Source: a virus
Lineage: Duplodnaviria > Caudoviricetes
IMG/VR virus record: IMGVR_UViG_3300028569_001325
Coordinates: 1-59,229 of that record
Reading direction: 5' to 3' (one strand)
DNA: 59,229 nucleotides
Numbering within the stretch: position 1 is the stretch's first letter; the number at the start of each line of letters is the position of its first letter. Below are positions 8,903 through 17,766 of this stretch, piece by piece. Made by a program: the position numbers and the translations under genes. The notes beneath the pieces were generated by a model that had not been told where the DNA came from, did no database searches, and saw nothing but the letters and a program-made list of their open reading frames with translations.

Positions 8903-9553
8903 ATGAAAAAAATTATAAGATTAACTGAATCAGATCTTGCTCGTATTGTTAAACGAGTTTTAAAAGAAGCGAAAGATGACGAAACTCAATACCATAGATT
9001 TCAAGAAGGTGGTGATCCAGGGATTGAACCATTTTTAGAGAATCCCATGAAAGAAAATATTGCTGATGAATTACAACACCAGTTAGAGGATGATAAATAC
9101 GCTAAAGGTCCTGAAGCACTTCGTAATACAAACTTAGGAAAAGGTACAGGAAAACTGTTTATTTTCTTTAATGGGCAAAAAATGACACCATCACAATTTA
9201 TTGATCAAGTTCAAGAAGACGCATCTGAAGGATACTGTCATACAATTAATTCATATGAATATAATAATAGAGTTTTAGCGTCAACAAAAATTACAATCAC
9301 AACAAAAACTGGTGACTGTAAAAAAACGGCACCTAAACCTAATGACGTTAAAAAAACAACACCTAAAAAGGCTTGTAAACACTCAAAAAATATTAAACTT
9401 GACAATGTTAAATTATTCCAAAGTGGTTGTATACGTAGGGGTAAGTATTATGCAGAATACGCAGATGGATCAACTTCAAAATGTAGTAAAGTTGACGGAA
9501 TAATTGGTTGTTGTACTGCCACTTGTTACGCAAAATCCGATACAAGAATGTAA
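8903..9553 (+). CDS. Hypothetical protein with an MKKIIRLTESDLARIVKRVLKE leader and a Cys-rich C-terminus
   Basis: 216-aa ORF with TATTTAT upstream. C-terminal KVDGIIG..T resembles a degenerate peptidoglycan-binding motif. Confidence 0.7.
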   Translation: MKKIIRLTESDLARIVKRVLKEAKDDETQYHRFQEGGDPGIEPFLENPMKENIADELQHQLEDDKYAKGPEALRNTNLGKGTGKLFIFFNGQKMTPSQFIDQVQEDASEGYCHTINSYEYNNRVLASTKITITTKTGDCKKTAPKPNDVKKTTPKKACKHSKNIKLDNVKLFQSGCIRRGKYYAEYADGSTSKCSKVDGIIGCCTATCYAKSDTRM

Positions 9554-9575
9554 TTTTATAAAATACAAATTAAAT

Positions 9576-9607
9576 AAAATCCCCATCTTTTAGGTGGGGA
9601 TTTTTTT
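9576..9607. terminator. Bidirectional terminator
   Basis: AAAATCCCCATC-TTTTA-GGTGGGGATTTTTTT between convergent genes. Confidence 0.85.
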
Positions 9608-9608
9608 A

Positions 9609-11648
9609 TTACTTACTTTTTTTCTTTGTTGGTTTTTTTAACTTAACATCCGTTTTTTTATCCGTTTCATTATACGATAAAATAAATGTTGTTCTTTTTT
9701 CTGGATTATCAGATAAAATCTTTTCAGTTATTGCGTCATCAACCCACTTTTGGACTGTACGTTTTAGAATACGAGCACCAAACCTATTATCGGTACCAAC
9801 GGATATTAAATGTTTTTTAAGTGTATCATCAACTTCAACATCAAATTCAATTGCTCTTACTCTTTCATATACCTTATCCAATTCTAAGTCAACGATTTTT
9901 AATAAATCACTTTCATTCAAATCTTTAAAGTATATAATCTCATCAAACCTGTTAATAAATTCGGGAGCGAATTTTTTAAACAATTCTTTTTCTAACACAG
10001 ATTTAACCTCTTCTTCTTTATGTTCAATTTTTGAGCTTGTTGAGAATCCTACCCCTGTACCAAATTGTTGTACTACTCTTGTCCCAACATTTGATGTCAT
10101 TAGTATTACACAGTTTTTAAAGTTAATTTTTCTTCCGTGTCCGTCAGTTAAAAACCCTTCATCTAACATTTGTAAAAATACGTTAAAAATCTCAGGATGC
10201 GCCTTTTCAATCTCATCTAAAAGAATAACTGAATATGGTTTGTTTTTAATTTTATTTAAAAATGGTGAACCATCTTCATACCCAACATATCCAGGAGATG
10301 TCCCTGTAAGTTTTGATGTTGCAATTTTATCTGAGAATTCACTCATATCCAACCTGATGAGTGCGTCCTCACTGTTAAACATATGTTTTGCAAGTTGTTT
10401 TGCAAGTTCCGTTTTACCAACTCCTGAATTACCAATTAGTAACCCACTGAATATTGGTTTTTTAGGATCATTTAAACCAACTTTATTTCTTTGTATTGAT
10501 CTTGCAATTTTTGCAACTGCATCATCTTGACCAATAACTTTAGTACATAAAGTTTCTTTAAGTGTTCTTAGTTGTTCCGTTTCATCCGTATTAATTTTGC
10601 TAATTGGGATTTTAGTCATTAAAGAAACTACATCATAAACTATATCTTCAGTTACTTCACGTTTATTAACGTTTCTATTTTTTTCAAAATCTTCTTTTTC
10701 TTTTTGTAAATCAGATAATACTTTTCTTTCTTTATCTCTAAGATTTGCCGCCTCCTCATATCTTTGGCTATTAATAACCCTAACCTTTTCTTTTTTGATA
10801 TCCTCCGCTTGTCTTTTTAAGTCTTCAATAATCTCAGGAAGTTTTATTTCAACTTGTGATCTGGCACCAACCTCATCAATAATATCAAACGCTTTATCAG
10901 GAAATTCCCTATCTGTAATATATCTATCTGCAAGTTCAACACAAAGAACTAATATCTCATCGGTATATTTTACCTTATGGTGATCCTCATATCTTTCTTT
11001 TGAATTTTGAAGGATTATTAACGTCTCTTCTTTTGTTGATGGATCTACCATAACTTTTTGGAATCTTCTTTCAAGTGCCCCATCCTTTTCAATATTTTTA
11101 CGGTACTCTTCTAAAGTTGTTGCTCCAATGCATTGTAATTCACCACGAGAAAGTGCGGGTTTAAATATGTTTGACGCATCCATTGATCCTGAAGAATTAC
11201 CAGCACCAATCATTGTATGTATTTCATCAATAAAAATAATAATATCAGGATTTAGATATAGTTCTTCAATAATAACTTTCATTCTTTCCTCAAACTGTCC
11301 ACGATATTTTGTCCCCGCAACAATAGATGTCATATCTAAAGAAACTATTCTTTTTCCTGATAAATTTTGTGGACAATCACCCTCAAATATCTTTTTAGCT
11401 AACCCCTCAACAATTGCCGTTTTACCACAACCTGGTTCTCCTAAAATAATGGGGTTGTTTTTTTTACGTCTTGAAAGAATTTGAGCTATCCTATTAATTT
11501 CATTTTCCCTTCCAACAACAGGATCTAATTTACCTTCTTCCGCTAATTTTATTAAATCTCTTGAAAAATTATCTAATACCGGAGTTTTAGTTGATCCTTC
11601 TTGATTTTTATTTTTTGGTTTTTCGCTACCATCCACCGATTCTATCAT
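9609..11648 (-). CDS. clpC: ClpC-type AAA+ protease ATPase subunit lacking the N-terminal domain
   Basis: Two AAA modules (GEPGCGKT/IFIDEIH and GNSGVGKT/LLDEIEK), a UVR-like YEEAANLRD segment and a VGF ClpP-docking loop. The sequence begins directly at TPVLDNFSRDL. Confidence 0.9.
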   Translation of the reverse strand: MIESVDGSEKPKNKNQEGSTKTPVLDNFSRDLIKLAEEGKLDPVVGRENEINRIAQILSRRKKNNPIILGEPGCGKTAIVEGLAKKIFEGDCPQNLSGKRIVSLDMTSIVAGTKYRGQFEERMKVIIEELYLNPDIIIFIDEIHTMIGAGNSSGSMDASNIFKPALSRGELQCIGATTLEEYRKNIEKDGALERRFQKVMVDPSTKEETLIILQNSKERYEDHHKVKYTDEILVLCVELADRYITDREFPDKAFDIIDEVGARSQVEIKLPEIIEDLKRQAEDIKKEKVRVINSQRYEEAANLRDKERKVLSDLQKEKEDFEKNRNVNKREVTEDIVYDVVSLMTKIPISKINTDETEQLRTLKETLCTKVIGQDDAVAKIARSIQRNKVGLNDPKKPIFSGLLIGNSGVGKTELAKQLAKHMFNSEDALIRLDMSEFSDKIATSKLTGTSPGYVGYEDGSPFLNKIKNKPYSVILLDEIEKAHPEIFNVFLQMLDEGFLTDGHGRKINFKNCVILMTSNVGTRVVQQFGTGVGFSTSSKIEHKEEEVKSVLEKELFKKFAPEFINRFDEIIYFKDLNESDLLKIVDLELDKVYERVRAIEFDVEVDDTLKKHLISVGTDNRFGARILKRTVQKWVDDAITEKILSDNPEKRTTFILSYNETDKKTDVKLKKPTKKKSK

Positions 11649-11735
11649 ATTGTGTTTTTTATTTAAATATAACCGACGGATTTTAATATATCAATTCTTT
11701 TTTGTCCTGTCATAGTATTTATTAAAAAAAACGAT

Positions 11736-13229
11736 ATGAAACAAAATTTTATACTAACTGAAGAGGAAAAAAGAAATATCTTATCATTATATGGTAACCC
11801 ATCTTCTAAAATAATTACTGAACAACAGGTTAAGCAAGGTTCAGGAGGAGACTCTTACCAATACAAAAAAGAAGGAAATATATATTATTACGCATTTAAA
11901 AGAGAAGGGGCAAACCCACAATGGAAACAGCAAAAAAACCCAAAAGGAATTGAGGCTATTTGTACAAGAATCTTTGGTGAACCTGCCGGTTGTTCAACAG
12001 GCACAGGAGGAGGTGTAAATCAAGGAGGAGGAGGAGCAAACGCATCAGGAGCCTTAGCCGGCGGAGGTTCGGGGGCAGGAACTGCGATACCATCTGACGG
12101 GGTTAAACAATCTGCGGTAAGTCCTGATTGTATTAATGTGGTTGTAACTGGTAGTTTTGATGCTAACGTTAATTCAAATCCAGCAAATATTACTTCGTTC
12201 ATTAATAATTTTATGGCACAAATTAATTCAAACCCTTTATTAAAATCATCATATGCTGCAGGTACACTATATGTTGGGGGGATTAAATTGACAGGAGGGG
12301 CAAGTAACGTTTCGGGTGGTGAAGTTCCCCCTGAAGTAGATAATAATTATAATCCAACAACACCAACACCAGGAAAGGTTTACCCTGGAAATGCGGCTAA
12401 AAATAAAACATTAGCAGGACAAAGAGCCAACAGTCTATACTCTGAACTACAAAAACAACTACCCGCAATGAAAATTAATTTTGGACCTAACGTTACACCA
12501 ACTGTTACATCAATGGTTGTAGATACTGGCGGTTTAAATGATGCTAAAAGAAATACCGCTAAATATCCAAATCCGGGACAAATAGTTAAATGTGAAATCG
12601 ACTTGTGTGGGGTTAACGCTGGATCATCTATAACGGGAAATACCGTAACTACAGGATCAACACCAACAGACACAGGATCAACACCAACAAATTTAACAAC
12701 AACACAAATAGAAATTTTAGATTGTTTTAAAGATGCAACAATCCAAGTAAATTATACAGGAACAGGACATAAATGTAATTATGCTATTTATGAAATTTAT
12801 GTTAATGGTGTAAAACTAAAAAGAACGACAGGACAAGACTATGCAACTTTGAACAATAACGGAGACTTTGATAATGCAAGAAAAGAAGGTGAACATAGGT
12901 TTAACGAATTTGTGATTGATAAAATAACCGCAACATCATTTGTGAATAAAGAAAGTTTATACAAATACCAAGGAAATTTACAAATAGACGCTAAATGTGT
13001 TTTAAAGAACCCCTCGTTAAAGGATGGTTGGAGCAAAAAGGGTGGTTGTCATGACGGTGTTGGTAATATAGCTGCTGAAGTTAATGGTAAAGAATTTTCT
13101 GTAAATGCAAAAACCCCTAATAAATATGAAGAAGTTAAAAACTTAGCTAATTTCCCAGCATGTAAAGCTCAGTATCAAAAAATGATTGCATTTGAAGAAA
13201 ATTTAAAAAATAAAGTTAAGACTAAGTAA
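11736..13229 (+). CDS. Putative virion/head-internal protein with a Gly-rich linker and an OmpA-like segment
   Basis: MKQNFILTEEEKRNILSLY leader; IKLTGGAS...NKTLAGQRANSL resembles the OmpA-like N..L...RA motif. Confidence 0.55.
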   Translation: MKQNFILTEEEKRNILSLYGNPSSKIITEQQVKQGSGGDSYQYKKEGNIYYYAFKREGANPQWKQQKNPKGIEAICTRIFGEPAGCSTGTGGGVNQGGGGANASGALAGGGSGAGTAIPSDGVKQSAVSPDCINVVVTGSFDANVNSNPANITSFINNFMAQINSNPLLKSSYAAGTLYVGGIKLTGGASNVSGGEVPPEVDNNYNPTTPTPGKVYPGNAAKNKTLAGQRANSLYSELQKQLPAMKINFGPNVTPTVTSMVVDTGGLNDAKRNTAKYPNPGQIVKCEIDLCGVNAGSSITGNTVTTGSTPTDTGSTPTNLTTTQIEILDCFKDATIQVNYTGTGHKCNYAIYEIYVNGVKLKRTTGQDYATLNNNGDFDNARKEGEHRFNEFVIDKITATSFVNKESLYKYQGNLQIDAKCVLKNPSLKDGWSKKGGCHDGVGNIAAEVNGKEFSVNAKTPNKYEEVKNLANFPACKAQYQKMIAFEENLKNKVKTK

Positions 13230-13233
13230 AATT

Positions 13234-13258
13234 AAAGGGGGGCACATACCCCCTTTTT
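13234..13258. terminator. Bidirectional terminator
   Basis: AAAGGGGG-loop-CCCCCTTTTT between convergent genes. Confidence 0.75.
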
Positions 13259-13847
13259 AATTATATAACATTTTAATTACTTCCTTGTCAATATCGGAGT
13301 ATTCGTGTACTTCAGTCCAACCTTGATAAAAAATACTTTCAGGATATCTGTAAGAGTCGTTACCAAAACCCAATGACTGTGTGATTTCCTCTCTTAAGAT
13401 ATGTTTTCTTTGTGAGTTATTACTTGTTCTTTCTGTATCAACAAACGCCAAAGACATGTCAATTTGGTTATATTTAGGAAACATAAATGCCAACCCCCAA
13501 CTACGATCAATAAGATTAACACAAAAAGGGTTTATTTTTACGTATTCTGACGGACTACCAAAATAAAGTCTAACATTAGCAATACCAATATCGTCTGTAA
13601 TGTAAAAATTAATAGAAGTGATTAATTCATTTAATTCATCAATAACCTTAATTGTTTCTAATCTTAGTTCTTCATCACAATTTCCTTGAATTATAATATA
13701 TACGTCCTTTTCAAACTTCATTTTAGTTTTAGAGAACCCATGTTCTGATCCTGAAGTTATTTCATTAAAGTAGGAAACTATGGATGTATCTTGAGATAAA
13801 CCAACTAACGGCAATAATGATAAGATTAAAATTATAATTGTTTTCAT
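13257..13847 (-). CDS. Secreted DUF2927-like protein
   Basis: Signal peptide MKTIIILILSLLPLVGLS; HILREEITQSLGFGNDS..YPESIFYQ and YSDIDKEVIKMLY motifs. Confidence 0.7.
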   Translation of the reverse strand: MKTIIILILSLLPLVGLSQDTSIVSYFNEITSGSEHGFSKTKMKFEKDVYIIIQGNCDEELRLETIKVIDELNELITSINFYITDDIGIANVRLYFGSPSEYVKINPFCVNLIDRSWGLAFMFPKYNQIDMSLAFVDTERTSNNSQRKHILREEITQSLGFGNDSYRYPESIFYQGWTEVHEYSDIDKEVIKMLYN

Positions 13848-13865
13848 ATTTTTTTAGGTATACTA

Positions 13866-13896
13866 CAAATATAATACAAATATTTTAATCTACAAA
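13866..13896 (-). promoter_or_regulatory. Bacteroidota sigma-A-type promoter
   Basis: Minus strand TTTG-N19-TATATTTG. Confidence 0.75.
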
Positions 13897-13908
13897 ATAC
13901 TTATCACT

Positions 13909-14200
13909 ATGGAGTCATGGAAAAAATTTGCGGAAACTTTGGAAATAACAAAAGAGTTAGAAGAAACCTATTTTAAAATTAGAGAAGTATTCCAAAGAGA
14001 GGGGGTGGACACAAAAGGATATTGAAAAACCTCCATATTATCCGCAAGATTTAATGTTTTTACACCTAAAATTCCAACCATTGGTTCAGGAAGTTGATAG
14101 AACAATTAGAGATTATGGTTTTGGTGTTGACGGGGACGACGTTCATTATTACATTATGGATAAACTTCGTCACATAGATGACATAACCCCATTATATTAA
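13909..14200 (+). pseudogene. Frameshifted ~96-aa gene (extra G in the G5 run at 14001-14005)
   Basis: MESWKKFAETL...REG stops at 14025. Deleting one G gives EGWTQKDIEKPPYYP...DITPLY* ending at 14200, which fills the gap before the KTSC gene. TACTTAT lies 4 nt upstream. Confidence 0.65.
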
Positions 14201-14205
14201 TAATT

Positions 14206-14448
14206 ATGGCAATTAAAAGAACAACAATAGAAGGTACTAAAATTATCTGTGAAATAGAATCAAGTAATTTAGTAAAAACAGAATACGATAGTGAAACTAA
14301 AAAAATGATAGCAGAATTTAAAAACGGAATGAAGTATGAGTATGAGGACGTTCCACACAATGCGTACGCTAAATTCAGAATCTCAGAATCACAAGGAAAA
14401 TATTTTAATACTGAAATATCAAAAAAATTTAAGTATAAAAAGTTATAA
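14206..14448 (+). CDS. KTSC-domain protein
   Basis: IESSNL...YD....MIAEFKNG..YEYEDVP...S.GKYFN.EI. Confidence 0.9.
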   Translation: MAIKRTTIEGTKIICEIESSNLVKTEYDSETKKMIAEFKNGMKYEYEDVPHNAYAKFRISESQGKYFNTEISKKFKYKKL

Positions 14449-14472
14449 TCATTTTTGGTAGTATTTATTTAT

Positions 14473-15219
14473 ATGTCAAATAATGAAAAAATTATAAATA
14501 GTTTATACCTACAAGACGAATTAAATCCTGATGTTTGGGATTTAAAAAATGATGATTACATCTTAAATCCTGAAATTAGAAAAAGACTATTAAAAACTGC
14601 ACAAATTTTTATAGAGTATTTAGATGTTGATTTTTTTGTACATGACATAATCTTAATCGGATCTTTAGTCGGGTACAATTGGAGTGAGTTTTCTGATTTT
14701 GATTTACACATACTATACGACCCTAAAGATTTGGGGGGTGAAAAAGATTTATATTCCGAACTTTTTAGGTTAAAAAAAACTGTTTTTAATGCGTCTCACA
14801 ACATTATAATAAAAGGGTTTGAAGTGGAGGTATTTGCTCAAGATATTAATGAAAAGGAGTCAAGCGTCGGATCATACTCAATCTTAAATAATGAATGGAT
14901 TAGAATACCAAAAAAAGAAAACTTTTCAATAGATAAAAAAACTTTAGAAAATAAAGCATCTCAATGGATGGATGTAATTGACGGGGTTATTGAAAATGCT
15001 GAAGATGAGGATCTTGAGGATGCTATTGAACTTGTTAAGAAATATAGAGATAAATTAAGAAAGTATAGAACTTGTGGACTTAAGAGTGAAGGTGAGTTTT
15101 CTTATGAGAATTTAGTTTTTAAATACCTAAGAAGAAATGGGTATATTAATAAATTAGAGAACTTTAAAAATACTTTTGCCGATAAAAAATTATCGTTAGA
15201 ACAAGAAAATTTTGAATAA
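14473..15219 (+). CDS. Pol-beta superfamily nucleotidyltransferase
   Basis: IGS..GYNWSEFSDFDLH and VEVFAQ motifs; start at ATG 14473 behind TATTTAT. Confidence 0.75.
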   Translation: MSNNEKIINSLYLQDELNPDVWDLKNDDYILNPEIRKRLLKTAQIFIEYLDVDFFVHDIILIGSLVGYNWSEFSDFDLHILYDPKDLGGEKDLYSELFRLKKTVFNASHNIIIKGFEVEVFAQDINEKESSVGSYSILNNEWIRIPKKENFSIDKKTLENKASQWMDVIDGVIENAEDEDLEDAIELVKKYRDKLRKYRTCGLKSEGEFSYENLVFKYLRRNGYINKLENFKNTFADKKLSLEQENFE

Positions 15220-15263
15220 ACGATAAATTACGAAATAACCGTATATTTATATAAAAAAATATT

Positions 15264-15452
15264 ATGCCAACATCTGCTTGTACTTCTTATTATACAACAA
15301 CTATAACCGGTTATTTGCCAAGTTCCGGTACGTCTACAGGAAGTATTGTAACATTCGGAACCCCAACACCTGTATGGTCAAATACTACAGGTGGGACTAT
15401 AAACGAATGTAATGCCGTCACTATTGGTGGATTTAATGGATTAAACAATTAA
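15264..15452 (+). CDS. Small protein consisting only of the C-terminal NAVxxGGFNGLNN module
   Basis: TATTTAT upstream; aligns with the last ~55 aa of 32048..34108. Confidence 0.7.
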   Translation: MPTSACTSYYTTTITGYLPSSGTSTGSIVTFGTPTPVWSNTTGGTINECNAVTIGGFNGLNN

Positions 15453-15466
15453 AATTAATATAAAAA

Positions 15467-16786
15467 ATGGGAGATATAAAACCAATAGGTAGTGAAAAAT
15501 TACAAGGAATGGATAAAATAAATCGTATCCTTGAAATCTCTATATATAAAGAGACCACCCCAAGAAATGAAAACATAAATGAGGGTAAATCCTCAGAATA
15601 CATAATAAAACTTTCAGATGGTTTTTATTATGGTATTGTTAGAGAAACTAAAGGATATATATTGAAGCATGGTGTTGTCACAGACGAACTATCGTATATG
15701 AATGACATATCTGAAAGAAGATACTACCCATCTTATTCACAAGCGATGAAAAGACTGAATATTGTAGCATCTGAAGTTAACAGAAATACGGGTAACGTAC
15801 ATAGTACTCCTCTGATTGGTGAACAGTCAGAACCAAAAAAAAAATTCATTTTAAAAACACCTAAACCAAAAGGTGGGGATATTACTCCCCCTGCACCTGA
15901 TTTAGGAACACCACCACCTCCACCTGCACCTGATTTAGGAACACCACCTCCACCGGCAGGAGATATGGGAATGCCACCGGCAGGAGATATGGGAATGCCA
16001 CCGGCAGGAGATATGGGAATGCCACCGGCAGGAGATATGGGAATGCCACCAATGGGTGATGAAGGAATGCCACCGGCAGGAGATATGGGAATGCCACCAA
16101 TGGGTGACGAAATGGGAGATGGAGGAATGCCACCAATGGGTGACGAAGGTGACGAAATGGGTGGACCTGTAGGTTTAAAAACCATACAAAAATTAACAGG
16201 AAGATTAAGTCAAAAAATAAGATCTTTTGATAAAGAAAAAGGTTTGGATTCTCAAGATATTAAATATGTTGTAAACTCAATAATTTCGGCAATTGATTTA
16301 TCCAAATTAGATGAAGATGATAAAGAAGATATATTAGATAAATTTGAATCTTTTGATGACTACGGAATGGGGGAAGAAGGGGATTTAGATATCAGTGGAG
16401 AGGATGATTTCGGAATGGGTGACGAAGGAATGCCTCCAATGGGTGACGAAGGAATGCCGCCAATGGGTGAGGAGATACCTTCACCAACATTTACAGAATC
16501 AAGGGTTGAGAGGGTTTTAGCGAGTTACTTTAACATTAGTAATACTGAAAAACCTTTATTAGAAGAAAAAAGAAAAAGAAACTTTTTAAATGAAAAAATA
16601 AAAAAAATAAAGAGTTATAAAGAGATTGAAACTTTGTCTGAATCTGTAGAACAAGAAAGATCATCAAAAAAATTAATGTCGGAAAACAAAGACGTTAAAT
16701 TTATAGGAAAAACAAATAAAGAAAATCTAATTTTTTCTGTAAATGGTAAACAAGTTAAAGTGACACCAAGAGGGCGAGTTTTATGA
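15467..16786 (+). CDS. Hypothetical head-associated protein with Pro/Gly/Met low-complexity repeats
   Basis: 439-aa ORF upstream of the terminase; GDMGMPPA and GDEGMPPM repeats. Confidence 0.8.
   Translation: MGDIKPIGSEKLQGMDKINRILEISIYKETTPRNENINEGKSSEYIIKLSDGFYYGIVRETKGYILKHGVVTDELSYMNDISERRYYPSYSQAMKRLNIVASEVNRNTGNVHSTPLIGEQSEPKKKFILKTPKPKGGDITPPAPDLGTPPPPPAPDLGTPPPPAGDMGMPPAGDMGMPPAGDMGMPPAGDMGMPPMGDEGMPPAGDMGMPPMGDEMGDGGMPPMGDEGDEMGGPVGLKTIQKLTGRLSQKIRSFDKEKGLDSQDIKYVVNSIISAIDLSKLDEDDKEDILDKFESFDDYGMGEEGDLDISGEDDFGMGDEGMPPMGDEGMPPMGEEIPSPTFTESRVERVLASYFNISNTEKPLLEEKRKRNFLNEKIKKIKSYKEIETLSESVEQERSSKKLMSENKDVKFIGKTNKENLIFSVNGKQVKVTPRGRVL
15890..16165 (+). repeat. Coding tandem repeats: ~33-bp unit x2 (PAPDLGTPPPP) and 24-bp unit x4 plus degenerate copies (CCACCGGCAGGAGATATGGGAATG)
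   Basis: Four exact 24-mers at 15950-16045, with further degenerate copies to ~16160 and at 16410-16470. Confidence 0.9.
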
Positions 16787-17202
16787 TTTTAGTATATGTA
16801 AATGAATTAGGACCAAACTATAAGGGTGATAATATATATGAATTTATATTTTCGGACTTAGATGATGTTTGGGGTGATGAATGGGATGCTGAACCTGCAT
16901 CAGGTAAACCTTCACCTCCAGAAATACATTACATAAAAAAAGTAGGGGTTTTAAAAAATTCTGAAATTGATTTAAATTTAATACAGAACTCCGATTTTTT
17001 TGGTGTCTATGATGCGATTGATGGTGTTATTTCATTGGCTTGGGAAAATTCTGACAGCGATGAAATATTAGTAAATAAAAAGAAAAGATTAGTTTTTCAA
17101 TACGGAGAAAGTGTTGAAGACGTTGAAAATAAATTATACGAAAGAGACATCGTATTAAAGTGGGAAAAAAATTTAGTTCAAGATGAAGCATATGAATCCT
17201 AA
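16783..17202 (+). CDS. Hypothetical protein
   Basis: 139-aa ORF with an ATGA overlap to the upstream gene. Confidence 0.8.
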   Translation: MILVYVNELGPNYKGDNIYEFIFSDLDDVWGDEWDAEPASGKPSPPEIHYIKKVGVLKNSEIDLNLIQNSDFFGVYDAIDGVISLAWENSDSDEILVNKKKRLVFQYGESVEDVENKLYERDIVLKWEKNLVQDEAYES

Positions 17203-17761
17203 AATTGCGAGACTTCTTAGTGAAGGAATATCAATTAATACTCTTGAGTCATTAAATAATACTCAGTTGAATGTTTTATACGAAAGAGTTAAAAAATCAA
17301 AAAAAGAAACGAAAGAAGAGACTACTAAAACTATAAAACAATTTAATTTGGCTGATCCAACGGACAAAGATAAATTTTTAGATGCAAGTAAATCTGTAAC
17401 GGATAAAAATAAAATTAATTTTGATTCAAAAACAGATACCGCAACTGTTGGTGAAATGGAGATGACTGAGAAAGCAGTTTCTAAAAAACAACAAGAATTT
17501 TTTGGGCTAGTAAGGGGGATGCAAAAAGGAGACACACCAAAAAAAGGAAAGGCTGGTGAGGTATCAAAAGAAATGAAAAAGAAAGATGTGAAAGATTTTG
17601 CATCAACAAAACATAAAAATTTACCTAACAAAAAAGTAAAATCTAAAGATACGGATGATGTTAAAAAAATAGAAGAAAGTATTTTACGTCTAATAGAAAA
17701 ACACATACCTCCACATACGACTAAGTCAGATATAGTTAGAATGATTAACAAAAGAAAGTAA
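17183..17761 (+). CDS. DUF3008-like domain protein
   Basis: KAVSKKQQEFFG...EMKKKDVKDFASTKHKNLP. Confidence 0.65.
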   Translation: MKHMNPKIARLLSEGISINTLESLNNTQLNVLYERVKKSKKETKEETTKTIKQFNLADPTDKDKFLDASKSVTDKNKINFDSKTDTATVGEMEMTEKAVSKKQQEFFGLVRGMQKGDTPKKGKAGEVSKEMKKKDVKDFASTKHKNLPNKKVKSKDTDDVKKIEESILRLIEKHIPPHTTKSDIVRMINKRK

Positions 17762-17766
17762 AATGA

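Noticed and set aside
15890-16165. Possible CRISPR array (also considered for 5198-5260)
   Set aside because: The repeats are head-to-tail, in-frame and coding, with no unique spacers and no cas genes.
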